From: a virus
Lineage: Duplodnaviria; Heunggongvirae; Uroviricota; Caudoviricetes
IMG/VR virus record: IMGVR_UViG_2541047883_000004
Direction: 5' to 3' (one strand)
Length of the DNA: 42,149 nt
In this document: piece by piece, positions 23,804-33,067 of the stretch
How positions within the stretch are numbered: position 1 is the first letter of the stretch
Layout of the letters: each line of letters opens with the position of its first letter
Notes under the pieces: generated by a model
Database searches by the model: none
Told to the model about the DNA's origin: nothing
What the model saw: only the letters and a program-made list of their open reading frames with translations
Program-made: the position numbers and the translations under genes

Positions 23804-24302
23804 CTTCAATGCAATAATCGTAAAACGCCGCAAACTGCTCATCGCGGCGTTTTTTTTCATCTTCAGAAGGAATCAGCACCGACAATTTTTTATTCAGATC
23901 AGCGACGCTGCCCTCCAGTTTTTCAATGGGCGATTCAATATCATCTTTTTCTGACCGCAATGCCGTCGGTGGCGTCTTCAGAGAACCAGTAATTCTTCCC
24001 GGTAGCTTTCCTTTGTAGGTTATCCACACATTCTGCGCCTCTAAAATTATGGGGCGCTTTTCCGGCGACTGCTCATCCCCTTCACATAACCCGGCAGCAA
24101 CATCCAGGAAGACCTGTCTGATGCTCCTTCTGGCTGCTGCCTCATAAAACTCCAGCGCGGCACCTTCAACACGGTCCAGCGAGATGTCCAGGTCAAAAAT
24201 TTCACCGTCAAAGTGTTTTTTGTCCCGTAAGGCTACAGTTACCGCCACTTTATTCTCAAAATTGCGAACTCCTTTCACAACCAGTTCATAGTCTTGAGTC
24301 AT
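23751..24302 (-). CDS. Hypothetical protein inserted between holin and endolysin
   Basis: About 183 aa from MTQDYELVVKG; the ATG lies 5 nt after the holin stop. Acidic, no TM segment, no motif I recognise. Confidence 0.5.
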   Translation of the reverse strand: MTQDYELVVKGVRNFENKVAVTVALRDKKHFDGEIFDLDISLDRVEGAALEFYEAAARRSIRQVFLDVAAGLCEGDEQSPEKRPIILEAQNVWITYKGKLPGRITGSLKTPPTALRSEKDDIESPIEKLEGSVADLNKKLSVLIPSEDEKKRRDEQFAAFYDYCIEVTRRNFVKIFEEGKSLQ

Positions 24303-24306
24303 TGGA

Positions 24307-24522
24307 TTACTCTCTTCTCGCAACCTTACGCCTGTCTTCTTTAATCTTGAAATAAAGGTTTGTCAGATACGTCAGCATGCCAAATACCAGACTACCCAAT
24401 ACACCTATTGCCGCCCACTGTGAGGGCGTGACTTTATCGAGCAACTGTAAAAACCAGTAGCCAGCACTGCCTGCAGAGGTGCTGTAGGCGATGCCCGTTG
24501 TTAACTTATCCATGGATTTCAT
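24307..24522 (-). CDS. S: Class II holin / pinholin (phage 21 S-like) with dual-start motif MKSM
   Basis: 71 aa [71 protein letters not shown], near-colinear with S21/EssD as recalled; SD GGAGGTG. Confidence 0.85.
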   Translation of the reverse strand: MKSMDKLTTGIAYSTSAGSAGYWFLQLLDKVTPSQWAAIGVLGSLVFGMLTYLTNLYFKIKEDRRKVARRE

Positions 24523-24613
24523 AGCCTCACCTCCGCAGATAACGGATGGTGTACACGGTTTGGTTCGAAGAAGGAAAGAAGTTACATTAGCGTAAGGCCC
24601 GAACATCTATTCA

Positions 24614-24646
24614 AAAAGAAAAACGCCAGCAATTATTCTGGCGTAG
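24614..24646 (-). terminator. Rho-independent terminator after the AraC-family gene
   Basis: Minus strand reads CGCCAG-AATAATTG-CTGGCG followed by TTTTTCTTTTT. Confidence 0.55.
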
Positions 24647-24712
24647 CTAAAAATATCGTATAATCTTACACTTCAAAAAATAACTTTATAAAATGCCATC
24701 ACATCATATCTT

Positions 24713-25426
24713 CTAAGAAAATCTTGATAAATATTGGTGCGGAGGCACACCAAAATATCCTCTAAAAACACTTACAAAATATGATGCATTGTCATACCCG
24801 CATATTCCCGCCACCTTGCCGACAGTATGGTTACTGTAGATCAATAATCTTTGCGCCATCATCATTCGTTCTTCAAGAATTAATTTACTAAACGATAATC
24901 CTTCGTCTTTTAATTTTCTTTTTAACAAACTCTCGCTCATATATAATCTTGAAGATATATCACAAAGTCTCCATGACGCTGAGATATCCGAGTGAATAAT
25001 AGCCTTAACTTTACAACCTAAGCTATTAAGACTTCCGAACAAAAAACTTTGCACTATTTTCTCTGAAGATAAGACAGCAAGACATGCAAGTGATATTTGA
25101 TTTCTAACTACATCCACGGTTTTGCTATCACAATTCAAGCATGCAACCAAGTTCCTTAACAATGAAAAATCTTCACATTCTACTATCAAGTATGACGGAT
25201 AAAACCTTCTTACAGAAAAAGGTGAGAGTGTGTAGTTTTTAAAGAAATCATTAACTGTTTTCTCCTCAACATCTACGATCATTAGATGATCTGTATTTGA
25301 CGAAAAAAGATCTTTTAAATTGTATTCGATGAGGACAGCACTTCCTTTTTTAAACAAAATATCTTCTTTACCAATTCGGACACCAAACGAGTTCAACACC
25401 AAAATGACAGAACATATGTATGGCAT
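24713..25426 (-). CDS. AraC-family transcriptional regulator (AppY-like)
   Basis: N-terminus MPYICSVILV resembles AppY (MDYVCSVVF) as recalled; C-terminal AraC HTH (... GICGYDNASYFVSVFRGYFGVPPHQY); SD GGTGG. AT-rich codon usage. Confidence 0.8.
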   Translation of the reverse strand: MPYICSVILVLNSFGVRIGKEDILFKKGSAVLIEYNLKDLFSSNTDHLMIVDVEEKTVNDFFKNYTLSPFSVRRFYPSYLIVECEDFSLLRNLVACLNCDSKTVDVVRNQISLACLAVLSSEKIVQSFLFGSLNSLGCKVKAIIHSDISASWRLCDISSRLYMSESLLKRKLKDEGLSFSKLILEERMMMAQRLLIYSNHTVGKVAGICGYDNASYFVSVFRGYFGVPPHQYLSRFS

Positions 25427-25832
25427 ATTATCCACCTGATATCACTGGGGTTACACCAGGTAAGTATAGGTGGAAAATCAATATTCGCCAGTTCAACAAT
25501 AAGGAAAATCTCATTGCATCACAACTATAAAACCATGTGTTTAACTCACAAAAAACAAATCATTAAACTAATCTGTTATATTATAATAGCTGCGTGCAAT
25601 AATAATATTATATACTCTTAATATTCACTTGAAATATCTTCATATAAAAACAGATTGAATAAAATCTTTTGGGGCTGGTATGTTTACCAACATTAAATTG
25701 CATCTCAATGTTTTCTTCAGCGTGAACAGGATTTTTATACAAACTGACACTATGGGTATCATAGTGTAGTTTTTACGATTGTAAATATCCTGCATACAGG
25801 AACTCATCACTTTCAGATGATATCGCATACAG

Positions 25833-26792
25833 TTAATTCACCATCAGTCTTAGAGCCAGTTCTTCCGGATAGGGATCGAAGTAATTCTGTGTAAGCAAGT
25901 AATCATTAGGATACTCACCCAGATAATGCTTCAGCAGAGTCAACGGCGCAAGAAGAGGCAATGTGCCAAAGCGATAGTTAAGTATAACCTCGGTCAACTC
26001 TTTACGCTGGCGTGTACTTAAGTAATTACTAAAATACCCCTGTATATGCATCAGCACATTCGTGTGATTTTTACGTGATGCAGGTTTTCTGAGAATCGCC
26101 ATCAGCTTATCACGATACACCTCAAAGTATGATTCAAGGTCCGCCCACTCGTGTATTGCAGCCACAAATGGTCCCATATCTTTATAGCCTGCCTGACTAT
26201 GCGCCAACAACTGAAGCTTATAACGACTATGAAAAGCTAATAACTCTCTTCTTGATAATTTCTCCTTGTAAAGGTGATTGAGCTCATGCAAAGCAAAAAC
26301 TCTTTCAACAAAATTCTCACGAAGCACTGGATCATGTAATCGCCCATCCTCTTCAACCGGTAGCCAGGAAAACTTTTCCATCAAAGTGCTCGTAAATAGT
26401 CCCACTCCATCTTTACGACCTCGATTACCATTTTCATCATAGACACGCACGCGCTCCATGCCACAGCTGGGAGATTTAGCACAAACCACAAACCCCGATA
26501 CATCCTTTAATTTGTGCATATAAGAACGACTAAACTCTGTCATTCTCTCTGTCACATCCTCATTCTGGTCGTGGCTGAAACACATCCGTATATTTCCTTG
26601 CTTCGAGCGCACAAGACGTAGAGCAGGACGCGGAACTGGCAGCCCTATAGCCATTTCCGGACATACTGGTCTGAATGTTACCCATTCCACTAATTTGTCC
26701 ATTAAAAAGTCAGCTCTTTTGTGACCACCATCAAAACGAACAGCAGAACCGGCCAAACAACCGCTGATTCCAATCACAGGTTTTTTTATCAT
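25833..26792 (-). CDS. DUF523 (TudS-like Fe-S) plus DUF1722 fusion protein
   Basis: N-terminal GISGCLAG, VCPE and SPSCG Cys pattern as in DUF523/thiouracil desulfidase proteins; the C-terminal half is DUF1722/YbgA-like; SD GGGAGG. Confidence 0.65.
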   Translation of the reverse strand: MIKKPVIGISGCLAGSAVRFDGGHKRADFLMDKLVEWVTFRPVCPEMAIGLPVPRPALRLVRSKQGNIRMCFSHDQNEDVTERMTEFSRSYMHKLKDVSGFVVCAKSPSCGMERVRVYDENGNRGRKDGVGLFTSTLMEKFSWLPVEEDGRLHDPVLRENFVERVFALHELNHLYKEKLSRRELLAFHSRYKLQLLAHSQAGYKDMGPFVAAIHEWADLESYFEVYRDKLMAILRKPASRKNHTNVLMHIQGYFSNYLSTRQRKELTEVILNYRFGTLPLLAPLTLLKHYLGEYPNDYLLTQNYFDPYPEELALRLMVN

Positions 26793-26984
26793 ATCCTCCC
26801 CCTTGACTAATTCATTAACACATAAACTGTGTAGTGCACGGAATAAATTGCCTTTCTGACGTCATCACTGACAATTTTTCTGTTATGGACTATTCCTAAT
26901 ATAGTATGAAAGTTCTTTAAGTGATCGGTCGTAATCATCTATCTTTCATACTTACTCTCAACTATCAAAAGTACAGGATTGATT

Positions 26985-27509
26985 ATGAAGTTATGGCCTG
27001 TGTTGACTGGCATTGCACTCTCTTTCACTCTTATAGCATGTAAGGCCCCGACACCACCTAAAGGTGTGCAGCCGATTACAAATTTTGACGCCAACCGCTA
27101 CCTCGGAAAATGGTATGAAATAGCTCGCCTCGAGAACCGGTTCGAACGTGGTCTGGAGCAGGTCAGCGCTACTTATGGAAAACGGAACGACGGAGGGATT
27201 CGTGTACTTAACCGTGGATACGATCCAACGAAAAATAAATGGAGCGAGAGCGAAGGTAAAGCATACTTTACTGGAGATACTAAAACTGCAGCGTTGAAGG
27301 TTTCGTTTTTTGGCCCCTTCTATGGTGGCTATAATGTAATCAAACTGGATGATGAGTATAAGTATGCTCTTGTTAGTGGTTCGAACAGAGAATACCTATG
27401 GATTCTGGCAAGGACCCCAACTATTCCAGATAAAGTAAAAGCAGACTATGTGCGAACCGCTCAAAAGTTGGGATTCAATGTCAATGAATTATTATGGGTT
27501 AAACAATAA
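26985..27509 (+). CDS. blc: Outer-membrane lipocalin Blc homologue
   Basis: Lipobox LIAC; motifs NFDANRYLGKWYEIARLENRFERG and KVSFFGPFYGGYNVI match E. coli Blc as recalled; SD AGGA. Confidence 0.85.
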   Translation: MKLWPVLTGIALSFTLIACKAPTPPKGVQPITNFDANRYLGKWYEIARLENRFERGLEQVSATYGKRNDGGIRVLNRGYDPTKNKWSESEGKAYFTGDTKTAALKVSFFGPFYGGYNVIKLDDEYKYALVSGSNREYLWILARTPTIPDKVKADYVRTAQKLGFNVNELLWVKQ

Positions 27510-27534
27510 AATCCCTACCCGAAATGATACTTAT

Positions 27535-27565
27535 TAGAAAAAAACCAGCCTTTGGGGAGGCTGGC
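27535..27565 (-). terminator. Rho-independent terminator, candidate tR' of the late operon
   Basis: Minus strand reads CCAGCCT-CCCCAA-AGGCTGG followed by TTTTTTTT, about 100 nt downstream of Q. Confidence 0.6.
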
Positions 27566-27574
27566 TAAATCAGG

Positions 27575-27664
27575 AAACAAGCTGTTATATGATAATAACT
27601 ACGTTGCGATTCCAACATTTAAAATGTTAGACTAATGACAATCAGACAGCAACTTTTCCTTTAA
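27575..27664 (-). promoter_or_regulatory. Candidate late promoter PR' / qut region
   Basis: Position only: AT-rich segment between the Q stop and the tR'-like terminator. No promoter hexamers confidently assigned. Confidence 0.35.
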
Positions 27665-28042
27665 TTATTTCGAACAATCAGCATCCATCTCCAATCGGAG
27701 ATCCAATACCATCAGCATGCCCTCCACTACGCCCTCAGCTTTCTGGAGCATCCTGCCAACCCAACAATCAGATCGCCCATGCTTACGTGCAAGCGCCATA
27801 AAAGTCATGCCGCCGACATAATAGTCCACCAATAAACCATGTAAATCGCTGTTGTTTTTTCTCAGGCGAGCCATACATTCACAAATGATCATCGCGTCAT
27901 CGTCACAGCATTGCGGACGAGATCTTACTTTTGAAGGAATTAATCCCTTAAAACCAGCGGCAATGGACGACCAGGTCACATCTTCATGATTATTAGCCGC
28001 CCATGCCCCCCAACGCTCAAGAACCATCTGAATATCACGCAT
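27665..28042 (-). CDS. Q: Late antiterminator Q (QuuD / phage 21-82 type)
   Basis: [35 protein letters not shown] ... [12 protein letters not shown], near-colinear with E. coli QuuD as recalled; SD GGAG. Confidence 0.85.
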   Translation of the reverse strand: MRDIQMVLERWGAWAANNHEDVTWSSIAAGFKGLIPSKVRSRPQCCDDDAMIICECMARLRKNNSDLHGLLVDYYVGGMTFMALARKHGRSDCWVGRMLQKAEGVVEGMLMVLDLRLEMDADCSK

Positions 28043-28059
28043 CAACTTACTCCACAAAA

Positions 28060-29148
28060 TTAGGCCAGCACACCAATTGCCAGCGCGCGATCGATAAATC
28101 GAAAAATCAGCTCCAGTTGGGAGCCATACTTCTCTTCAAATGCCACGGTATCCGTATGCAACTCGTCGTGATGCTTTCTGCACAAAGGCAACACAAAGAG
28201 ATCATGTGCTTTGGTTCCCATTCCGCCCTGCCCGTGACCAATCAGATGATGCGGATCGTCGGCTGGCATCCCGCAGCAAGCACACGGCTGTGTCTTAACC
28301 CAGCGTGTGTATTTCTCCTTAACCCAACGGTGACGTTTAGGCAGCTTCATGAAAGATTCCGGAGACTCTGGATCAACGGTGATGCTTACCACCGTCTTTT
28401 CCTGTGGTGGTTTTTGTTGCTGGTGGGCGTAAGGCAACGGTGCAAGATTTTTTGTGCGTTGTTTCAATATGCTGGTGGCGGTCTGCTCTCCCGGTACGAT
28501 GTCGCTCTCGCGGTACACCGAGCAGATTTTTTCCGCTGGTAATCCCAGCGAACGACGTAATACCGCTTCCGGTAGCGCGTCCGCCACCTGATTGCGGAGC
28601 GCCCACCAGGATAATTCAGCCAGAGATAATTCACGCTCCTGCGTACCGCTTATTGCGTGACCGATGACGTCAATCATCCATGCTGACAGGTTTTGATGAG
28701 CAAGTTGCTCGAGTGATTCGGATGTCTGGTCACGCAGTTGGTTGTCGCAGTGCCAGCACAACACCATTGCGCCGGTACCATAACGGTGAATGACGGTTTC
28801 GCTGTGATGATAATCGCCGTGCGGCCACTGGCAGGATTTAATATGGCGCAACAGCCAGTCAGACAATGCACCAGCACCACCAGCAGCACGAATCACCCGT
28901 GCGTTACTGAAAAACGGCAGCAATGTTTTGTCTTCCACCAGCGGCTGGCGAACGGCAGGAACGACCCCGGACGGCAGATTACGCATGCTTTTCGGTTCCG
29001 GCTCCACCAGTACCCGGGTATTGTGGAATACCGGCATGGATTCACGGCCTAGTTTAAGGACCACCAGCCCAAGCTCTGGCACCAGAACAGGTCTAAGTAA
29101 TACCCGCACGTTACCTCCAGATCCGTTGCTGGAAAGTGCGGGACGCAC
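28060..29148 (-). CDS. YdfU-like DUF968 protein (Cys/His-rich C-terminus); start uncertain
   Basis: C-terminal CACCG ... [10 protein letters not shown] ... CRKHHDELH motif cluster; sits directly upstream of Q as ydfU does in Qin. An internal start at 29037 is an alternative. Confidence 0.55.
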   Translation of the reverse strand: MRPALSSNGSGGNVRVLLRPVLVPELGLVVLKLGRESMPVFHNTRVLVEPEPKSMRNLPSGVVPAVRQPLVEDKTLLPFFSNARVIRAAGGAGALSDWLLRHIKSCQWPHGDYHHSETVIHRYGTGAMVLCWHCDNQLRDQTSESLEQLAHQNLSAWMIDVIGHAISGTQERELSLAELSWWALRNQVADALPEAVLRRSLGLPAEKICSVYRESDIVPGEQTATSILKQRTKNLAPLPYAHQQQKPPQEKTVVSITVDPESPESFMKLPKRHRWVKEKYTRWVKTQPCACCGMPADDPHHLIGHGQGGMGTKAHDLFVLPLCRKHHDELHTDTVAFEEKYGSQLELIFRFIDRALAIGVLA

Positions 29149-29389
29149 GTGGTGGGCGTTCGGAATAAGGCAGCCTGACAGAGATTATCCAGTGCCGATA
29201 GTCGAGACTGAGAGCTTTCTTAACCTCGAACCCGCGCCTGCGGTAAGAATGAATCAGCCATTCGGCCTGTTCTTCAGTGCATGGGGGATGCTGGTACCAA
29301 TCAGATTTAAATGCGTGAGAGCGCCGCCCGTGCCTGCTGGCAAAGACGGCAGAATCATCAGAATTGTGTAATTTGGTATCGTGCGCCAT
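29111..29389 (-). CDS. Hypothetical nin-region protein
   Basis: 92-aa ORF only. Confidence 0.35.
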   Translation of the reverse strand: MAHDTKLHNSDDSAVFASRHGRRSHAFKSDWYQHPPCTEEQAEWLIHSYRRRGFEVKKALSLDYRHWIISVRLPYSERPPRASRTFQQRIWR

Positions 29390-29462
29390 CGGTTGTCTCT
29401 GCTGGCGCAGCAGGTGCCAGTTGTTCAGGCTGGCCTGTGGATTGTAAACCAGAATACGTAAA

Positions 29463-29487
29463 ACAAAAACCCGCCGAGGCGGGTATG
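29463..29487 (-). terminator. Rho-independent terminator after the HTH-peptidase gene
   Basis: Minus strand reads ACCCGCC-TCG-GCGGGT followed by TTTTGTTTT. Confidence 0.6.
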
Positions 29488-29495
29488 AATGAGAA

Positions 29496-30641
29496 TTATT
29501 TTTGTTTTATGGTAAATGAAATAACATTGTCAGAATGAATCATATCTGATTCTTTAAATCGTGTAATTGCAGATAACTCATTTAAGGGAAGAGCAAAGAT
29601 ATCAGTTAACTCAGTTACCTTTATGATTGAATGCTTATCAAGAAGTAAAAGTAACTTATTAAGTAACTCAGGCTCTTCTTTTGGGATTGCATCATCTAAC
29701 GGCTCCCTACGATGGAATGGCGCTAATTGCTTAAATATATAGCTTTTCTGATTATCGCTGATTAACTTAAGGCTATGACTCCTCATGGCAATACTACCGA
29801 TAGATGTAATCCAACGTAGTTTTAATCGTTCTAACGCTGATAAATTTGGACTATAAAATTCACGCCCGAAAGTGGTGGCTGGCATTAAAAAGCTGGAGGC
29901 AAAATAATCGGCCTGCAACTCCACCAGGTCGAATAATTCTTTATCATTCAGGTAGTCATCCTCCACTGCCCTATGCATAATTAAATGGCCAAGTTCATGA
30001 GCAAGACTAAATCGCATGCGAACAGCCGTCTTCGAGCTATCTAACATAATTAAAGGCCGCCCATTATGCCAGAACGAAAAGGCATCAACTTTCTCACCAG
30101 AAGGTAAATGAGAAACCACGATTCCTTTATTTTCAACAAGTCTAGTTAAATTGAGTATTGGACCATCACCTAACCCCCAAAAACGCCTTAATTGGGTGGA
30201 CATATCCTCAATATCAGATAGAGACAGAACCTCAAAATCAATAATATCGAATTCAGGCAGAACCACATCTGGTAATTGAGCATATTTTAGACATTCATCC
30301 AATATTAATGCCGCCCAACGCCCACGTGTTTTCCCTGTAACTCGAGCCTTTTTGGTCGCAGTTGAACGACTTCTAAAATGAATCGCCCCCTCCAGAGATG
30401 GAGAAGCACTGGAGGCTAAGAAAAATCGTTCTGGAAATCCTAACACCTTGGCTATTGCAGAAAGTGTATCAGCAGAGGGAGACTTCAACCCCTTCTCAAA
30501 TGACGAAATAGCTTGTCTTGAAATATTGAGCACTCTGGCAAGTTCAGCCATCGTCAACCCTTTTGCCTCTCTTGCCTCCTCAAGGCGACGAGGATTAAAC
30601 GATTTATCAGTAAATGGTGTTTGTGCGATATTCATGCTCAT
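29496..30641 (-). CDS. XRE-family HTH fused to ImmA/IrrE (M78) zinc metallopeptidase
   Basis: N-terminal HTH (GLTMAELARVLNISRQAISSFEKG); HExxH motif HELGHLIMH with downstream ELQADYFASSF typical of ImmA/IrrE. The ATG overlaps the stop of the upstream gene (ATGA). Confidence 0.8.
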   Translation of the reverse strand: MSMNIAQTPFTDKSFNPRRLEEAREAKGLTMAELARVLNISRQAISSFEKGLKSPSADTLSAIAKVLGFPERFFLASSASPSLEGAIHFRSRSTATKKARVTGKTRGRWAALILDECLKYAQLPDVVLPEFDIIDFEVLSLSDIEDMSTQLRRFWGLGDGPILNLTRLVENKGIVVSHLPSGEKVDAFSFWHNGRPLIMLDSSKTAVRMRFSLAHELGHLIMHRAVEDDYLNDKELFDLVELQADYFASSFLMPATTFGREFYSPNLSALERLKLRWITSIGSIAMRSHSLKLISDNQKSYIFKQLAPFHRREPLDDAIPKEEPELLNKLLLLLDKHSIIKVTELTDIFALPLNELSAITRFKESDMIHSDNVISFTIKQK

Positions 30642-31252
30642 GATTGCTGTGATTTAATTATTTGTTCGGTAAGAATCTTGATTTTATCTTCAATCTCAGA
30701 ATCCACATTTTCTGCTTCAACTTCTACCATCGTCATAATTGGTAAAGACTCAGTATAAAGAATCCCGTAATTATCCGAAGAAGGAACAGTTAAATTCAGT
30801 TTGGACAAGTGCTGATTACTGCCATCATGTAACATATAAACATGTCCACCAGACGCTCTCCCATCCAGGGAGTCGGCATTTTCATCCCCAAAATTCAATT
30901 CATAATTTTGATTAGCGTAAACAGCTCTATACAATGCCTGCTTAGGAAGTGGCGCATTACCCGATAAATGATGTGCCGTCATTTTCCAGTTGTTCGAGTG
31001 AATCGCAATGTGTTTACAATTTTTAGCAGCATTGCTACCGACTTCAAAATCCAGCCCCACACGCTTAGCCGCATTCTCAAGCAATGCATCGGCATAAAAC
31101 CAGCGCAAATATGACTGTGCTTGAGCCCAAAAAGAACCAAACTCTTTTGCCTTCATATGCGAATGAAGATAAGCCTGTGCTAACGCGATCGAAAGCTCTT
31201 TGCGGCACTCCTTGTCATATGCTTCTAACAACTGTTGAGATAAATTCTGCAT
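30638..31252 (-). CDS. Hypothetical 204-aa protein, first gene of the cassette
   Basis: ORF with SD AAGGA and its own candidate promoter (TTGACA boxes at 31270-31310, minus strand). No TM segment or motif I recognise; AT-rich codon usage. Confidence 0.6.
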   Translation of the reverse strand: MQNLSQQLLEAYDKECRKELSIALAQAYLHSHMKAKEFGSFWAQAQSYLRWFYADALLENAAKRVGLDFEVGSNAAKNCKHIAIHSNNWKMTAHHLSGNAPLPKQALYRAVYANQNYELNFGDENADSLDGRASGGHVYMLHDGSNQHLSKLNLTVPSSDNYGILYTESLPIMTMVEVEAENVDSEIEDKIKILTEQIIKSQQS

Positions 31253-31327
31253 GACCGTAATATCCTTGTTGTTTTGGTGTCAACCATATTTCCATTTAAC
31301 ATCGACTTTGTCAACCAGGTAGATGCT

Positions 31328-31351
31328 AGAAAAACCCGCCGAAGCGGGTTA
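31328..31351 (-). terminator. Rho-independent terminator after hok
   Basis: Minus strand reads AACCCGC-TTCG-GCGGGTT followed by TTTTCT. The core is 19/20 identical to the terminator at 29465-29484. Confidence 0.6.
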
Positions 31352-31418
31352 AGCGCGGGTGCATTGAGGATGCCTGACTCATCAGAGGTGGCGAGGGATT
31401 TCTCCCCCGCCTAGTCTC

Positions 31419-31574
31419 TTACTCCTCAGGTTCGTAAGCTGTGAAGACAGCGACCTCCGTCTGGCCGGTTCGGATTCGTACCTCGCAGAGGTCTTTCCTC
31501 GTTACCAGTGCCGTCACTATGACGGTTAAACAGATGACGATCAGGGCGATTAACATCGCCTTTTGCTGCTTCAT
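31419..31574 (-). CDS. hok: Hok-family type I toxin
   Basis: MKQQKAMLIALIVICLTVIVTALVTRKDLCEVRIRTGQTEVAVFTAYEPEE, colinear with Hok (... [28 protein letters not shown]) as recalled. Confidence 0.85.
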   Translation of the reverse strand: MKQQKAMLIALIVICLTVIVTALVTRKDLCEVRIRTGQTEVAVFTAYEPEE

Positions 31575-31640
31575 AGCCTGCTTCTCCTTGCCTTCCGGCA
31601 CGAAAGAGGCTAACCTACATGTGTCTAGCATGAAATTGGC
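31560..31640 (+). ncRNA. Candidate Sok-like antisense RNA region over the hok leader
   Basis: Position only, from established hok/sok organisation. Promoter and 3' end not identified in the sequence. Confidence 0.25.
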
Positions 31641-32197
31641 CTCAGATTAATGTTAAGCGTCTTGCAGGACGCGTAATGTTAACTGGGGCTTTTCTCTATC
31701 TGCCGTTGGTGTTCATGCCTGAGGCAGATAGCCTCAAGCACCCGCAGCAATTCTACTTAACTCACGTCACCTCGCCAATATAAAATCAATCAGAAAGGCG
31801 ATCCGTAAGAACAACAGCAAGACAATAAATTGCCATTACAGCCGCAATAGCTAGCGCACATTTGAGAACCAGCACGACAACCTCCTGAATTGGAAGTACA
31901 CCAGTCCTGATAAATATGAGGCTGTCTCGTCAGTGATTCAATACAACTATTGGGTATAGTTTCTCAGATTTTTTTCTGTGGAAATTGGACACAACACCCG
32001 CTCACCACCAGCACTTCTTTAAACACACCTAGTCAGGATCCCGCCTGACCTTTTATAACACGTAACTGTTAACTGACAGGCAATAGCCTGTCGGATATTA
32101 CAATGTCAGCTCTTGGTGCGAAGCTGTCGCACTAATTCTGTGAGCGAAGAACGGACATTTTCATTGTTGATACAGGATACATTGAAGTAGTCAACCA

Positions 32198-32446
32198 ATG
32201 GCTTTTCGCATAGTCTATATTCCAGCTGCAACAGTTACTAATGATATTGCTATATTTGCGGATCATCTTGAATCTTTTTTGTCTGAAAACTGGGTAGAAT
32301 GGGGTAAGGCCTGCAACGAAATTGAAGCACTTACAGGAATCAATCTCTCAAAAAATCAACTAGCTTACCGAACAGCAACTATCAATGCTAAAGGCAACGT
32401 ACCAGAAATGCTCGAGACTATTCTTGCTAAATCTGCTGGGCGATAA
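32198..32446 (+). CDS. Hypothetical protein
   Basis: 82-aa ORF in an AT-rich accessory stretch. Confidence 0.3.
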   Translation: MAFRIVYIPAATVTNDIAIFADHLESFLSENWVEWGKACNEIEALTGINLSKNQLAYRTATINAKGNVPEMLETILAKSAGR

Positions 32447-32599
32447 GCACGAGTGAAGATACTGTTCCAAAAGCCTTCTATTCAATAAATTACGAAGTGC
32501 TAACTAACCGACTATGTACAGAGCAAATCACCTTGAATTGCTCTTGATTGAATGGTGAAGAATTATGAGGGTGATAGTCCTTCCCACCCTCAATTAAAA

Positions 32600-32827
32600 T
32601 TAAAGGTATTTACGTGAGAAATTTTTCTTAACCACACTACTAATAAAACTATTTAGCCCATGCCCAGCCTGGGCTAACTCTTTCATCCTAGAGACCGTTG
32701 AAGCCCCTGGTTTTGTAGAATCGTAAACGTATTTCCATCCATCTTTAAACTGTACTGTGATAGCATCTGGAGTAATCTCATAAAACACTATACCCGAATT
32801 ACCGCCTTTATTAGCATAAGCTGGCAT
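32600..32827 (-). CDS. KTSC-domain small protein
   Basis: 75 aa with a Y-x-Y ... F pattern resembling KTSC domains. Confidence 0.4.
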   Translation of the reverse strand: MPAYANKGGNSGIVFYEITPDAITVQFKDGWKYVYDSTKPGASTVSRMKELAQAGHGLNSFISSVVKKNFSRKYL

Positions 32828-33067
32828 TTTTTATCCTTATTAAATTATAGCAGAAAGTTGCTACACTCTAGTCATATGACCCATGCTAAACCTAATTGTT
32901 GAGCTAAGTCATAATTTCGATCATTTGATGAATGTAAGTTATTTGACAGGCAGAATTAACCATACACTGTAATGTCCGTTTTTGGTACAAAGATGCCAAT
33001 CACACTAGTTCTAGTCTTATGCAACCGAAGTGTCAATTAATATCTGAACTAATGCTCTTTAATCTCG

